Part shown: one piece after another, positions 48,275 to 60,703 of the stretch | How the letters are laid out: each line of letters opens with the position of its first letter | How positions within the stretch are numbered: position 1 is the stretch's first letter | Program-made: the position numbers and the translations under genes | Assembly (NCBI GenBank): GCA_950097015.1 | Contig: CATNEN010000038.1 | Span: 23,870,001-23,934,000, forward strand | Length of the DNA: 64,000 nucleotides | From: Macrostomum hystrix | Lineage: Eukaryota; Animalia; Platyhelminthes | Direction: 5' to 3' | Notes under the pieces: model-generated | What the model was told of the DNA's origin: nothing | The model's input: the letters and a program-made list of their open reading frames with translations, nothing else | Databases searched by the model: none

Positions 48275-50219
48275 ATGCCTTTCACAATAACAGTTAAGAC
48301 TCTTGATGGGGCCAACAATGACTATGAAGTCGATGATGAGGTAATTACAATGCGATTCGTGTACTAAATGCAAAATCAAGGTAGGGCCTACATTCTATGC
48401 ATGTGCAATGTCCCCTAACTTTCCTAGGCCACAGTTGGACAATTCAAGGACATCCTTGCCCAAGCTTTAAACATACCCAGCGAAGAGCAGCGTCTAATAT
48501 TTCAAGGCCGGGTGCTTCAGAATGAAGCTAAATTAGCTGAGCAGGGTTGCGCTAATAAGGTTCTGCATCTGGTGCGAAGAATGCCCCAACCACAGCAGCC
48601 GCCTCAGCAGCAGCAGCCGCAGCAGCATCAACAGCATTTCCATCATCAGCCACATCATCCAGACTTGCAGGCCCTTCCAAATCAGATTGCTCAAATCATG
48701 GAGCAAGTTCTTGGCGGAGTCGGCGGCAACACCGCCGGAGGCCTAGGCGCGTCCTTCACAACGCGCCAGCAGCCAGACGGTGGCGTTGATGTTGTTGTCA
48801 ACATTACACCCGGCGGCGGCCAGATGCAATCTTTGGCTAGGCTGCGATTGGGCTATTTAAACACTGTGCTGCGCCAGATGAATGCCCTGCTGGAACAACT
48901 TAACAGGGTCCGCTCTGGCCAATCTGATGGAGTTGGAGAGGTGAGACACACTGCCCTCCTTGTTTGCAACACCCTGTCTGAATGTCTCCTGCTCCCACTA
49001 TTTACCTGTCTCCTGTTCGCTATCTACCCGTCTTCTGCCCCTATCTACCTGTCTTCTGCTGCCACTATATATCTACCTGTCCGCTGCTCCCACTATCTAT
49101 CTACCTGTCCTTTGCTCCTTGTCTATCTGTCTTCTGCTCACACTATCTACATGTTTCCTGCTCTTCATCTACCTCTCTACTGCCAACTGTCTACTATTAT
49201 TAGTTTACTCACAGACGGGCATTATCAAAGCCGTTCTCGAATTCAATTTGACAGGTGCAGCCGGACGCGGATGCTATTCGCCTAAACGGCAATCCCAGCC
49301 TAGATAGAGTGTCTCTACCGGAACAGGATCGAGTCGGCCCAGATCCCAGCGCACCGGCCTCTGTAACCGAACTGCCAGCCGCAATCATTCGTATTAGGGA
49401 AGGCCTGGCTGCGCTAGACTCCGGCCTAGCCGTTTGGTCGTCTGTTGTTACCGAAGATGCCGCTGACACTGACGAGGCTGCATCGGCTAACGATAGTACC
49501 GGTGCTACTGCTGCTGCTACTACTACTACTACTACTAGTAGTAATGCTAGGCGCCGAATACGCCAGGTGCAATTTGAATTGGCTTCGCGAGCCGCTCACC
49601 TTGGCGCGCACGCTTTGCATAATCTGTCCGATCTGATTGCTGAGCTTGATAGGCAGCAGACCGCTGCCACTCCAAGGTATGTAGCGCCTGATAACAGCAC
49701 CTGTGTCTGATAACAGCACCTGTGTCTGATAACAACACCTGTGTCTGATAACAGCACCTGTGTCTGATAACAGCACCTGTGTCTGATAACAGCACCTGTG
49801 TCTGATAACAGCACCTGTGTCTGATAACAGCACCTGTGTCTGATAACAGAACCTGTGTCTGATAACAGCACCTGTGTCTGATAACAGCACCTGTGTCTGA
49901 TAACAGCACCTGTGTCTGATAACAGCACCTGTGTCTGATAACAGCACCTGTGTCTGATAACAGCACCTGTGTCTGATAACAGCACCTGTGTCTGATAACA
50001 GCACCTGTGCCTGATAACAGCACCTGTGCCTGATGCCATCTAATGCTAAGTTCCATAGTTCTCTAATTAATGCATTTATCCAGGCAGAACAACCTTCTAG
50101 TATTAAGCGAGGCGCCACTGCACAGCATTCAGGCTCACATTAGCCTTAGCAGCGATCCGATGAGTCAAATTCATCATCAGCATCAGCAGCAGCATGTCCA
50201 TCGTTTCGCCTGGCCACCT

Positions 50220-50259
<40 letters not shown>

Positions 50260-53200
50260 GACCCGCCAACCAGCCAGACCCGAGTGAGCCGCTTCTAAAT
50301 CCAATATCCGCTCACCTTCGCGCCGCTATTCAACAATCGTTGAACTCAGTCGGACCGGGTGGTCCAAGTGCCGTACCAGCTGGCGGACTGTTTGTCGATC
50401 CGTTCCTAGGTTGCATGAGTCGGCATTTTATGCCCCATCGAGTGGCCACCGCGCCTAGGATGTCAAGTGCCAGCAATAGTCAGCAAGCTGGCAGCGCTGC
50501 CGGAGCTTCGTTGTCTTCTGCTTCGATTTCTTCAACAACCGGAGCGCCTACTGCTGCAGCCTCCACTGCTCAGCCGCTGAATGTTTTGCAACAGGTTAGT
50601 CTCGCTTTTTTGTTAGAAGTTTTATTCGTTAATATTCGGTTGATTACTACCTAGTTGGAACAACCATTTTTTTTGGGTGGGTAGTGGCAGAGCGGTCTAA
50701 CGCGTTGGCCTCTCGCACCAAGGTCCCTGAGCTCGATTCCGCGGCGAGGCCACATTTTTTAGGGTGCAGCCGCGTAGAGAAGGCTTGGGAGGCTTGTCGT
50801 GCAATTCGCACCCTTGAGGGCCAACCTCCATGGCACAGTAAGAGTGTTCACTGCCTGACTATGAGAAAGTCGTATGCCTGCGTACAGTTTCTGTGTGCGT
50901 GTGTTCTCAGGAGTCAGCAGAATGGGCAGAATTGCCTCCTCGCTGGCTGCGGGTCTAGTGTCACCAACTGATTTGCCATCGCCCGCAGCCCTCCTGCCAA
51001 TTGTTTAATATTTATTTCGAATTATTTAAGTCAGTGTGCAACTTTTTTTAGTCCGTGAACTATTTTGTAAAGTAATTGTTTTTGTTGTCTAGTGATTAGA
51101 GCGTCAGACTCACGACTTCAAGGTCGTGGGTTCGATTCCCAACTTCGCCTGGAACGATTTGTGTCCTTTTAACAAGTCTCTCCATGGAATGAACAAGTTC
51201 ACATATAGCTTTTGTGTTTAGTGTCATAATTTTGTCATAAGATGCCATAAGTGTCATAAGATTTCAGATATCAGTAAACAACTTAATTAAAACAAATTCA
51301 ATGGATCCCTATTATTTAATTTTCAATGAATCCGCAGTTATTCGGTTCTATTCTAAGCGGCACAGCTTCTGGCACTGTGCTTGAGCAATTGTCCAATCTG
51401 GTTAGCTCCGCTGGCGGCAGTGAAACACCCGGCGCAAATTTCATCACCGATTTACTCATTGTGGTCCTGACCAACGGCCGGCTGAGCCTGCCGGACCTCA
51501 TGGCGCTGATGTCAGGCGATGGCAGAGCAATGGACAGCAGCCGCCTGCCAGTTCAGGACTATCTAAACCAGTACCTGCAGCTGCCCGAACACCTGGAGGC
51601 TCAGCTGTCCGCTCTGCGCCCTCTGCTAGCTGGCGCCATCGCCGGATTGCGCGTTGAAGCCCGACCGCCTAGCGGACTGGCGCCGGACGAGCTGCTGCTG
51701 GCTGTTGTTCGACATAATGTCACATCGGCTAGGTGAATGATCTTTGTTTTTTCCCCAGTCCCTACTCTAGGGATCTCCCATTGGTAGGATTTCACATTTG
51801 AATTAAGTGGCAGAGCGGTCTAACGCTTTTGCCTCTCGCTTTAATGTCCCCGAGCTCGATTCCGCGGCAAGGCCACATTCATTTTGGGGCCTTTCGCAGC
51901 CGCGGTGAGAAGGCTTGGGGACTTGTCGTGCAATTAACGGCTTTCATTAACGGATCAACTTCCATGACACAGTGAGAGTGTGCACTGCCTGACGATGAGA
52001 AAGTTAGGGCAGATGTACACACCTGTGTGAACGTGTGCCTGCGTACGGTGTCTGTGTGCGTGTGTGCTCAGGAATCCGCGAAATATACTAAATTGTCTCG
52101 TCTAGTGTCATTAAATTATTTGTCATCGTCTACAGCCCGCCTGCTATTGTTATTTATTAATATTCTTAGAATTTCCCATCGTTGGGATTTCCCATTTTTG
52201 GGATTTCCCTTCCTTTGGTATTTCCCTTTCCTTTGGTTTTTCTAATCCCTTAGAATTTTTTATCTTTGGCATTCCCCTTATTCTGGTATATCTGATAGTT
52301 TTTAATTTCCAATCGCTTATTATTTACATTTATTTTGGATTTTCCATGCTTTGGGATTTCCAGTCTTTGTGAAACCATTATTTTTCGAATATCTTATTTC
52401 AATTTCCGTATTAGCGGGTTTTCTCAAAACGCTCGAAAAAGTGTTGCATTTTACTTACTGTTTGCAATAAATAAAAGTATATAATCTACCCCTTTATCTT
52501 ACCACTTAGAGAGCAACTAATGGCCAAGGAGACGGACGATGGCTTCGGTCAGCTGTTGCTAAACAGCTTCAACCGATTAATAGATGAATTAATTGGCGTT
52601 GCTTTGAAATCACTGGGCACGTCTGGGTAAGTAATAATTTATGTTCAATGTTTATTGTTCGGAAAGGCATGCATTCGACTATTATACTTACCGAATAATC
52701 CCGAATAAAGGGATATTCTGATATAAACAGTTTTGAAGAATCCCAAAAATGATCGGAATGAGGGATATTTTGAGAAAATGCTTCTCCTAAGAATCCTAAA
52801 ATATGTATATTTTAAGTGGGGGGAATATTTAAGAATCCTTAAGTGGGGGGAATATTTAAGAATCCTTAAGTGGGGGGAATATTTAAGAATCCTTAAGTGG
52901 GGGGAATGTTTAAGAATCCTTAAGTGGGGGGGAATGTTTAAGAATCCTTAAGTGGGGGGAATATTTAAGAATCCTTAAGTGGAGGGAATATTTAAGAATC
53001 CTTAAGTGGGGGGAATGTTTAAGAATCCTTAAGTGGGGGTAATATTTAAGAATCCTTAAGTGGAGGGAATATTTAAGAATCCTTAATTGGGGGGAATATT
53101 TAAGAATCCTTAAGTGGGGGGAATATTTAAGAATCCTTAAGTGGGGGGGAATGTTTAAGAATCCTTAAGTGGGGGGAATGTTTAAGAATCCTTAAGTGGG

Positions 53201-55519
53201 GGGAATATTTAAGAATCCTTAAGTGGGGAGAATATTTAAGAATCCTTAAGTGGGGGGAATATTTAAGAATCCTTAAGTGGAGGGAATATTTAAGAATCCT
53301 TAAGTGGAGGGAATATTTAAGAATCCTTAAGTGGGGGGAATATTTAAGAATCCTTAAGTGGAGAGAATATTTAAGAATCCTTAAGTGGGGGGAATATTTA
53401 AGAATCCTTAAGTGGAGGGAATATTTAAGAATCCTTAAGTGGAGGGAATATTTAAGAATCCTTAATTGGGGGGAATATTTAAGAATCCTTAAGTGGGGGG
53501 GAATGTTTAAGAATCCTTAAGTGGGGGGAATGTTTAAGAATCCTTAAGTGGGGGGAATATTTAAGAATCCTTAAGTGGGGGGAATATTTAAGAATCCTTA
53601 AGTGGAGAGAATATTTAAGAATCCTTAAGTGGGGGGAATATTTAAGAATCCTTAAGTGGGGGGAATATTTAAGAATCCTTAAGTGGGGAGAATATTTAAG
53701 AATCCTTAAGTGGGGGGAATGTTTAAGAATCCTTAAGTGGGGGGAATATTTAAGAATCCTTAAGTGGGGAGAATATTTAAGAATCCTTAAGTGGGGGGAA
53801 TGTTTAAGAATCCTTAAGTGGGGGGAATATTTAAGAATCCTTAAGTGGGGAGAATATTTAAGAATCCTTAAGTGGGGGGAATATTTAAGAATCCTTAAGT
53901 GGGGGGAATATTTAAGAATCCTTAAGTGGGGGGAATATTTAAGAATCCTTAAGTGGGGGGAATATTTAAGAATCCTTAAGTGGGGGGAATATTTTGGGAC
54001 TACACTTGTGTGAGAAATCCCAAAATTGTGATATTTAAACAGTTACGTTACGCTATTAAAGGCAATTAAAATACAGGGATTAATTTACTCAATAGAAAAA
54101 AACAACAATTTCAGAGCCCAGCGCATGGCCGATCGTCTTGTGCAGCAGTACATTCTATCCATGGCCAGTCAGACTCAGGGCACTGTACTATCAGCTCCGG
54201 ATTTGATGCAGTTTATTACACAAGTCATGGCTACCAGGGTTAACGCCAGGCTGCGCACCGGTACACCTTGTTTTCCTCCCTACCTGATGATCATTCCGTC
54301 ATCGGTGACTCCATCGTCTGTATCGTCCACTCATTCGGCTGTTCAATCGACTCAAACTCAACCAACTAATGATCAATCTGAGCACGAAAAACGCGTATTG
54401 CGAATTAAAAATGAAACAGCTGGCAGCAATGACTATCAGGTGCCAGACGATCCTTTAGCACCATCGTCTGCCGGCTTGACTGCGGCGTCAGCAGCGGCAG
54501 CAGCAGCTGTGGCAGCCAATCATCAATTGACCCTGGCGCCGATGGATTTTCCAGCCGATCTAGCCGCTGTAGTTGATGCTGACGTGGCTGCTATTCGATC
54601 TAGACGCTCCGCGGCAATCACTGATCAGGAGTATAGGCCAAAGCCTCTGTCTGATGCTTATTTATCCCAGCAACCGCATGCTAAACGACGCCGAGTGTTG
54701 CCCGGTTCTCAGCTGGTAAGTACTTTTAAGTGCGCCTGAAAGTTTTGCTTTTGCATTCCCGGACTTTGCTACGCACTCAGGAATATTGCTGAGTGAATCT
54801 ACCTGAGCATCCCAGAATCTACCTGAGCATCCCAGAATCTACCTGAGCACCCCAGAATCTACCTGAGCATCCCAGAATCTACCTGAGCATCCCAGAATCT
54901 ACCTGAGCACCCCAGAATCTACCTGAGCATCCCAGAATCTACCTGAGCATCCCAGAATCTACCAGAGCATCCCAGAATCTACCTAAGCATACCTGAATCT
55001 ATCTGAGCATCGCAGAATCTACCTGAGCATGCCTGAATCTCCCTAAACACCCAAGAATCTACCTTAACGCCCTAGAATCTACCTGAGCATGCCTGGATCT
55101 CCCTAAACGCCCTAGAATCTACCTTTGCACTCCAGAACATACTGAGAACCTCAGAACTGTCACACCAGAACTCCAGATTTAGTAGACAGTACATCAACCT
55201 ATTAAACACAAAAATCGCCCTCAATTACTGAGACTTCAATTATTTTTCTTTCCTTTTTTAGGAGCAACAGACCCTGACATCGGCGGATCAACCGTCTCAG
55301 CAGCCGCCGCCGCAGGCATTTCAACTACTCGACCGTCTAGTTCGCGACACCGGCGCCAGCTTGGGTCCCTCGGCGCCTCGGCAAGCGCCCCAGACCGCGG
55401 AAGACGCCGAGTTGCGCTCCGCTTTTCTCAACGAACTGCTCCGTCGTCTGCGCAGTCGCGTGAACTCTGACGACGACTTTGAAGCGAGTCGATTTCCTAA
55501 CACGGCCGGGCACATCTAG
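48275..55519 (+). CDS. BAG6: Large proline-rich protein BAG6 (BAT3/Scythe). Exons: 48275-48340, 48428-48940, 49255-49676, 50084-50594, 51338-51732, 52510-52626, 54115-54715, 55262-55519.
   Basis: N-terminal UBL domain (MPFTITVKTLDG...QRLIFQGRVL), DPFLGCMSRHF, PLSDAYLSQQPHAKRRR (NLS region) and C-terminal DDDFEASRFPN. Junctions are GT-AG and phase-consistent. Confidence 0.9.
49688..50033. repeat. 19-bp minisatellite (CTGATAACAGCACCTGTGT)n filling BAG6 intron 3
   Basis: Direct inspection. Confidence 0.96.
50675..51005 (+). mobile_element. SINE family A (tRNA-derived head, structured body)
   Basis: A box TGGCAGAGCGG, B box GAGCTCGATTCC, a body shared with at least 6 other copies, and an AT-rich tail. 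Confidence 0.85.
51808..52160 (+). mobile_element. SINE family A copy
   Basis: Same A/B boxes and CTGCCTGACGATGAGAAAGTYAGGGCAG hairpin; the 3' part is partly deleted. Confidence 0.85.
52790..53990. repeat. 27-bp minisatellite (AAGAATCCTTAAGTGGGGGGAATATTT)n
   Basis: Direct inspection. Confidence 0.96.
54795..55130. repeat. 20-bp minisatellite (ACCTGAGCATCCCAGAATCT)n
   Basis: Direct inspection. Confidence 0.93.
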
Positions 55520-57298
55520 AGACTGTTATGTTTGGAATTTTTGTTTTTTTCCGGATACTTTTACTGCACAGTAACGGTATAATCGCTGTCTGAAATTTGA
55601 TACCTGTAAGAGTTCTACTCAACTTTTGCATTGCCTTTCTGTCTCTGTTCTTGGCCCTTCCCCTCCTGTCTCTCCCCTCCTGTCCCTGCCCTCCTGTTTC
55701 TCCGATTCTATTTTCCCCTTTTATTTCTCCCCCTTTCTGTCTCTCCCCTCCTGTTTCTCTCCTGATTCTCCCTTTGCATCTCTCCCCTTCTGTATCTTCC
55801 CTTTTGTTTCTCCCCTACTGTTTCTCCCCTACTGTTTCTCCCCTACTGTTTCTCCCCTACTGTTTCTCCCCTACTGTTTCTCTCTTTCTGTCTCTCAACT
55901 CATTTCCTTAAACATCTTTGTTAAAGGGAATAAAGTGTTTTTTGCTTCAAATTTGCTTTTAAAACGTATGTAACTTATTGGCCTTTAAATATATCTTCCT
56001 TCCCAAAAAATGCGAACGCCCGATTTTTTTTCTATCTAATTTTTTGTCACATTTTCCAAGTTTTAAATGAACTGATTTGTTTTGTTTCTCTATTCTTAAT
56101 AGGTAATAAAAAGCTTCTGGTCTCGGATTCTCTTGTAGTTGTTATTTTCTTATTTGCGATTTTTTAGGTACGAACATTTATGTATGACATTAGAATAGGA
56201 GTCAGTAAGCACAGCGTATTACTACTTGATCTATGACGATTGCACGGAGCAAACTCTGCGCTGGTCAAAATTATAACAAAGTTGTGCAATAATAAGTTGC
56301 ATCCCCTGTCTGAGTTTAAAGTTTTTCGTCAATGAACAGCTTGTTAATAGCATCTGTTTATTTTCTAAGATCCAAGCAAAACTATGAATTTAATTTTAGC
56401 TGCCACATTAGTGCTTAACTGCCTCTTTAATCCGTTTTTCTTCTAATTCTTGTGTAAAATTAGTATTTGCAAAACATTTTTTGGAATAAATTGATGACGT
56501 GTTTGCGGTTAAAATGTTCCGATTTTAAAAAAATGACAGTAAAATAATTAGTACAATTTATACAAATTTTGTTATTCCAAGTCGACTGCCAAAAGCGCCT
56601 TCATTTCAAATCGGTCATCATTCAAAACAAAATTTCATGATGCAGACAATGCATTGTGTCCTCCAACATTCAGCTGTTGAAATCCACACCAGCATCGTGT
56701 AGCTGCAAAATATGGCTGTCAAGTAGAATAAATGAGAAGTTAAGGTTCGGACTCAGAGCATTGAGCATTTGATTCTTATATCTCATTTCTTTGTTTGCCG
56801 CAATATACGATATGCTTGTCAGCTTGCGGTTAAAGGTCTCTGCCGCGCCTGATGAATCGAAACAACATCACGTTGCATGTCAACGACAAGCTTCTCCAAT
56901 AAGTTATTATTCGCATTCATGAAAAATAGTACTAAATAAGTCAGGAAAATCTTGATCCTGTACATTATCAGCTTTGACGTCTGAAGTTTATATTGATTCA
57001 AATTTGTTCCATTTCTAATTCCAACTCAAGTTGACAATATTATTACTGTCAATTACATAAGAAAAAATATATCTTTGCTTAGCTAATTAAGCAAATATCT
57101 TTGAGTCAAGTAAAAAATGTTGTTTTGTTCGTGTTGAAATTTTATAACTTGTTATAACCTAAGGACCTATTAAAATTAGAATCTTTATATTTTTCCTAGA
57201 AACATCAGTACAGGGCAATTTAGTTGCAACAGGATCGAGTGCATCATTTTGGCGTTCGTGTTTAAGAAAGTTCAGTTAATATTCTCATCAATAGCAAA

Positions 57299-60200
57299 AT
57301 GAGCTTCGAAATAGCTTTTATTGTTGTTACTATCTTTTGGCTGCTGGTTGGTGGTGTTCTGCCGTTCATTATTCCAAGAGGTTCTCAGCGTGGGTAAGTT
57401 TTACATAGCTAATATTCAGCTGCACAAATGCGAAATATCTTGATTGTTTTTGTGCTTACTATAATATACTTAATCAGCTTTTATATAAGTTTTACTTAGT
57501 TTTTAAAGATGTTTAAAAGCATACTTATTTAATTTTATAATTTTTGCCAGAACTGTAACTACATTACTTGTAGATGTAGACAGTTGTAGACAGTTTTTCA
57601 TAAAAAATGTACATCTTAACAAGAAATAATAAGAACCGAGTTTAAAAAAATGAGTTAAAAGTTCTAAGTAACCAAAGGTGTTAAATTTGTCTGTTTGAAC
57701 AGTGTAATAATGGGCAATCTAGAAGAGTATGTTGCCAAAGGTGTTATTGAGTACATCTTATGCCACATGAATTCCTCAAGATGTAACTAAAATAGGGCCT
57801 TGCTTGTTCCATGCATAGCTCAGAACTTCACCTTTAAGTGGACTGTAGTTCCCTCAAAGAGGTATCTGTACACAGTTGGAGCTTTAGGATTAATGAAGGC
57901 AAGCTAGTGGTTGACAAGGTCCCAGGTCATTTCGGTGACAAGACATTTCGGTGACAGTCATTTCGGTGACACAATTGGTCATTTCGGTGACAACTATTTT
58001 TTCACCTAAATTTTTGCTGAGAAAACAGCCTTCCACGATCTAGCAGCTGCTTAAAGCCTCACTCGCCTTGTCAATCCAAAACTTGAAAAATGATTATTAT
58101 ACACATTTAATTAGGAACGAATAGGGGCCTAACTATTGAAACTATTGACTACTCATTAAATAATTTAATAATTTAACTCATTTAAAGTAAAACCCAGACT
58201 TAAACAGAGCAATGCAGCTTCTTATTAATACTTTTAGCATTATTTAATTTATATTTTATATGTGTGCATAGGCCTAGTTAAAATGGAAGGCTGTTTTTTT
58301 AGCATAGGCCTATTTAGGTGCAAAAATAGTTGTCACCAATCTGACCAATTGTGTCACCGAAATGACTGTCACCGAAATGTCTTGTCACCGAAATGACCTG
58401 GGACCGTTGACAACAGCATGATTCTAGAGATGTGCATAAGCTTTCCATCTAGGGTATCAGTGATCACATGTGTGCCAGTGAGAATGTGGTGATGAATCAG
58501 AGGTTGCAGCAATTCTGTTGAGAACAAGAATCATGACACACTTCTTAGCACCATGCTCAACCATGCCTAGTACCTCTTGGTGTGTGCCTCAGTAGTACTT
58601 TTGATAGAAGAAGTAGGATTCATCAATCGCCATTTCTTTACTAGGACCTCTAAGTTCTACCAGATTATCAATCACTGGGCACATATGTCCCTGATAAAGT
58701 TTTATCACTGATAGAGATCTCAGTGACCTAAACTGTGATCATTTTCATTGTTTCTTGTTGAAACATACATTTTTCAAATGAAAAATAAATTAACAAACTA
58801 AATAGGAAAATTGACAAAATATTTGCATAATCATCTAGCAACAGAGGTGGTGTTGTGGCAACAATTATTAAAATGATAAACCCTATTATAACTATTTAAA
58901 GTCAAACAGACTCAGGCAGCTTGCAAAGGCATGGACAGGCCTACAGATAGGCATAAACAGTTCAAGACAAGGATAGTATGTGGGTGGCACTTGCAAGTGC
59001 GTCTTTCTCAATCTTTCTCAATTCTTAACTGAAAAGTCCTTAATTTATAAGTCTATCATTCCATAATTTCATACTGACTCCATAAATGCAATCAGCTGTT
59101 TTAATGTTTGTGGGAAAAATAATGAGTATAATAACCAGTCACCACTTTATACAATAACAATATAGAGTCCACCTTTGGCAATTCAGGACTTTAAGCAAAA
59201 AAAATTAAATGTTTTCCTTTATAGATTCCTTCACATCTAGATGTCATGTACTAGTTATTTCTTTATTTTTTTCCTAGCAACTTGTAACTTTAGAAACTTA
59301 AGTTCATGTAGACTCTATACAAGCATGTGGGTTTATTCATAAAAACTGGGCTTGAAATAGTTTGCTGATATTGTTGTAGGCCTAACTTTTTAGTAAAGTC
59401 TTGATCTTAATGATGCCACCAAAGTTGTTCTAGGGCTCTTGTAATAAATATGATTTCGGAGACTTATAATTCTAAAATTGTCTTATGACAAACTTATGAG
59501 TGTCTTCAGTTATTTACTTTATGTACTTATTATTTCAAATTCAAATTGGTAGTGAATGTATTTAGTCTGGTCTATATGTTCAATATGGCCAATATTTATC
59601 CTTTCTATTTACTTGCACTTATAACTTTACTGTATTATTTCTGTAAGTACTCTTTATCAGTCACTATTTATCTGTCTTTATCCTTCTTTATTAAGTCTTA
59701 TCACTCTTCAGTCACTCTTCAATTGATCTTCAATTATTCTTCAGTCTATCTTGGGCTTACCAGTGGATCTAGGGTTACTACTCTCCTTTCACTTTATTCA
59801 CTTCTCTTTCTCAATGTCTCTTGAAATAACTTTTAAGGCAAACACTTCACTATTTCAAGCTTTCTTATCCTTATTGTTGTTCACATAAAAAAATCTTGAT
59901 TTTCATCTGCCTTGTACTTGTTTGTTTTTACCTGCTCTTTGTGCCCCTCCTCAAGTTTCTCCACTTCAGTAAAACTTTAATGAACTTAGTGCATTGGTGC
60001 ATTAAAACAAGTGTTGCATTAAAACAAACATTGTGCATTAAAAAGTAAGAAGTAAATTTTTAAGAAATAAGTCCTATTTCAATATTAAATGCTACAACTT
60101 AAGCATATATATTATAAATTATTTTGAAATGATATCATTTTGAAATATCAAACATGCTAATTGAATTCACATTTTATCATTGCCAATCATTAGCTAAATG

Positions 60201-60703
60201 AAGTGGCTAATCTATATAATTGCTAGTTTCTTTATTATGATGTTATATTAGAAAATATTTTACTTTTAATCCTACCCTAGCCCTTACCCTATTTTACTCA
60301 GTTTTAATTATCAATTTTAACCCGATTATTAATTTTCAGATTAATTCAAACAATGCTGGTGCTGACAGCAGTGTGTTGCTACTTATTGTAAGTTAGCATC
60401 ATTTGGTTGAAACTATCTAATTTTGTAATTTATCTCAATGTATGTCTCTGAGTTAATACAGTGCTATAGAGGAGACTGGGAGTGATGAGTATCTAAGCAA
60501 GGGCAATATGAAAATCTTTGTTTCTAGAGTTTTCTTAGCCCAGTCCTCTCAATCCTCAATAAGGTTAACTGTAAAACAATATTAATGTCCTTAAAAATTT
60601 CAGCTGGCTAATCATGATTCTGGCCCAGAAGAATCCACTGATTGGGCCTCAGTTGCACAATCTGACAATGGCTATCATCTTGCGTGAATGGGATCGCGCC
60701 TAA
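57299..60703 (+). CDS. ATP6V0E: V-type proton ATPase subunit e (80 aa). Exons 57299-57393, 60340-60387, 60604-60703.
   Basis: Translation MSFEIAFIVVTIFWLLVGGVLPFIIPRGSQRG/LIQTMLVLTAVCCYLF/WLIMILAQKNPLIGPQL matches the family motifs. Absent from the ORF track because the exons are short. Confidence 0.93.
57703..58710 (-). pseudogene. Merlin/IS1595 (ISXO2-type DDE) transposase fossil interrupted by the MITE
   Basis: Broken translation in collinear order: NFIRDIC, RGPSKEMAIDESYF.QKYY*G, VLGMVEHGAKKC, HILTGTHVITD/RWKAY, HAVVN|H*LAFINP, HGTS...HLEEFMW. Contains stops and frameshifts. Confidence 0.75.
57918..58405. mobile_element. 488-bp MITE related to the MULE termini, in V-ATPase e intron 1
   Basis: ~120-bp TIRs starting GGTCCCAGGTCATTTCGGTGACAA, with CATTTCGGTGAC repeats. 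Perfect 8-bp TSD GTTGACAA at 57910-57917 and 58406-58413. Confidence 0.92.

Noticed and set aside
50684-50752. tRNA gene (also 51085-51150, and B-box fragments at ~20187 and ~21405)
   Set aside because: A/B boxes are present, but there is no proper acceptor stem or poly-T terminator, and the main copies continue into SINE bodies.
56845-56890. Hammerhead-like CTGATGA-ATC-GAAAC...GTC
   Set aside because: No stem II and no stem I complementarity; probably chance.
56580-57001. Small minus-strand gene upstream of ATP6V0E
   Set aside because: Short ORFs with no recognisable homology or consistent splice model.
55519-57299. BAG6-ATP6V0E operon
   Set aside because: Both genes have their own ATG, and the intergenic DNA retains CpG like a separate promoter; there is no positive evidence.
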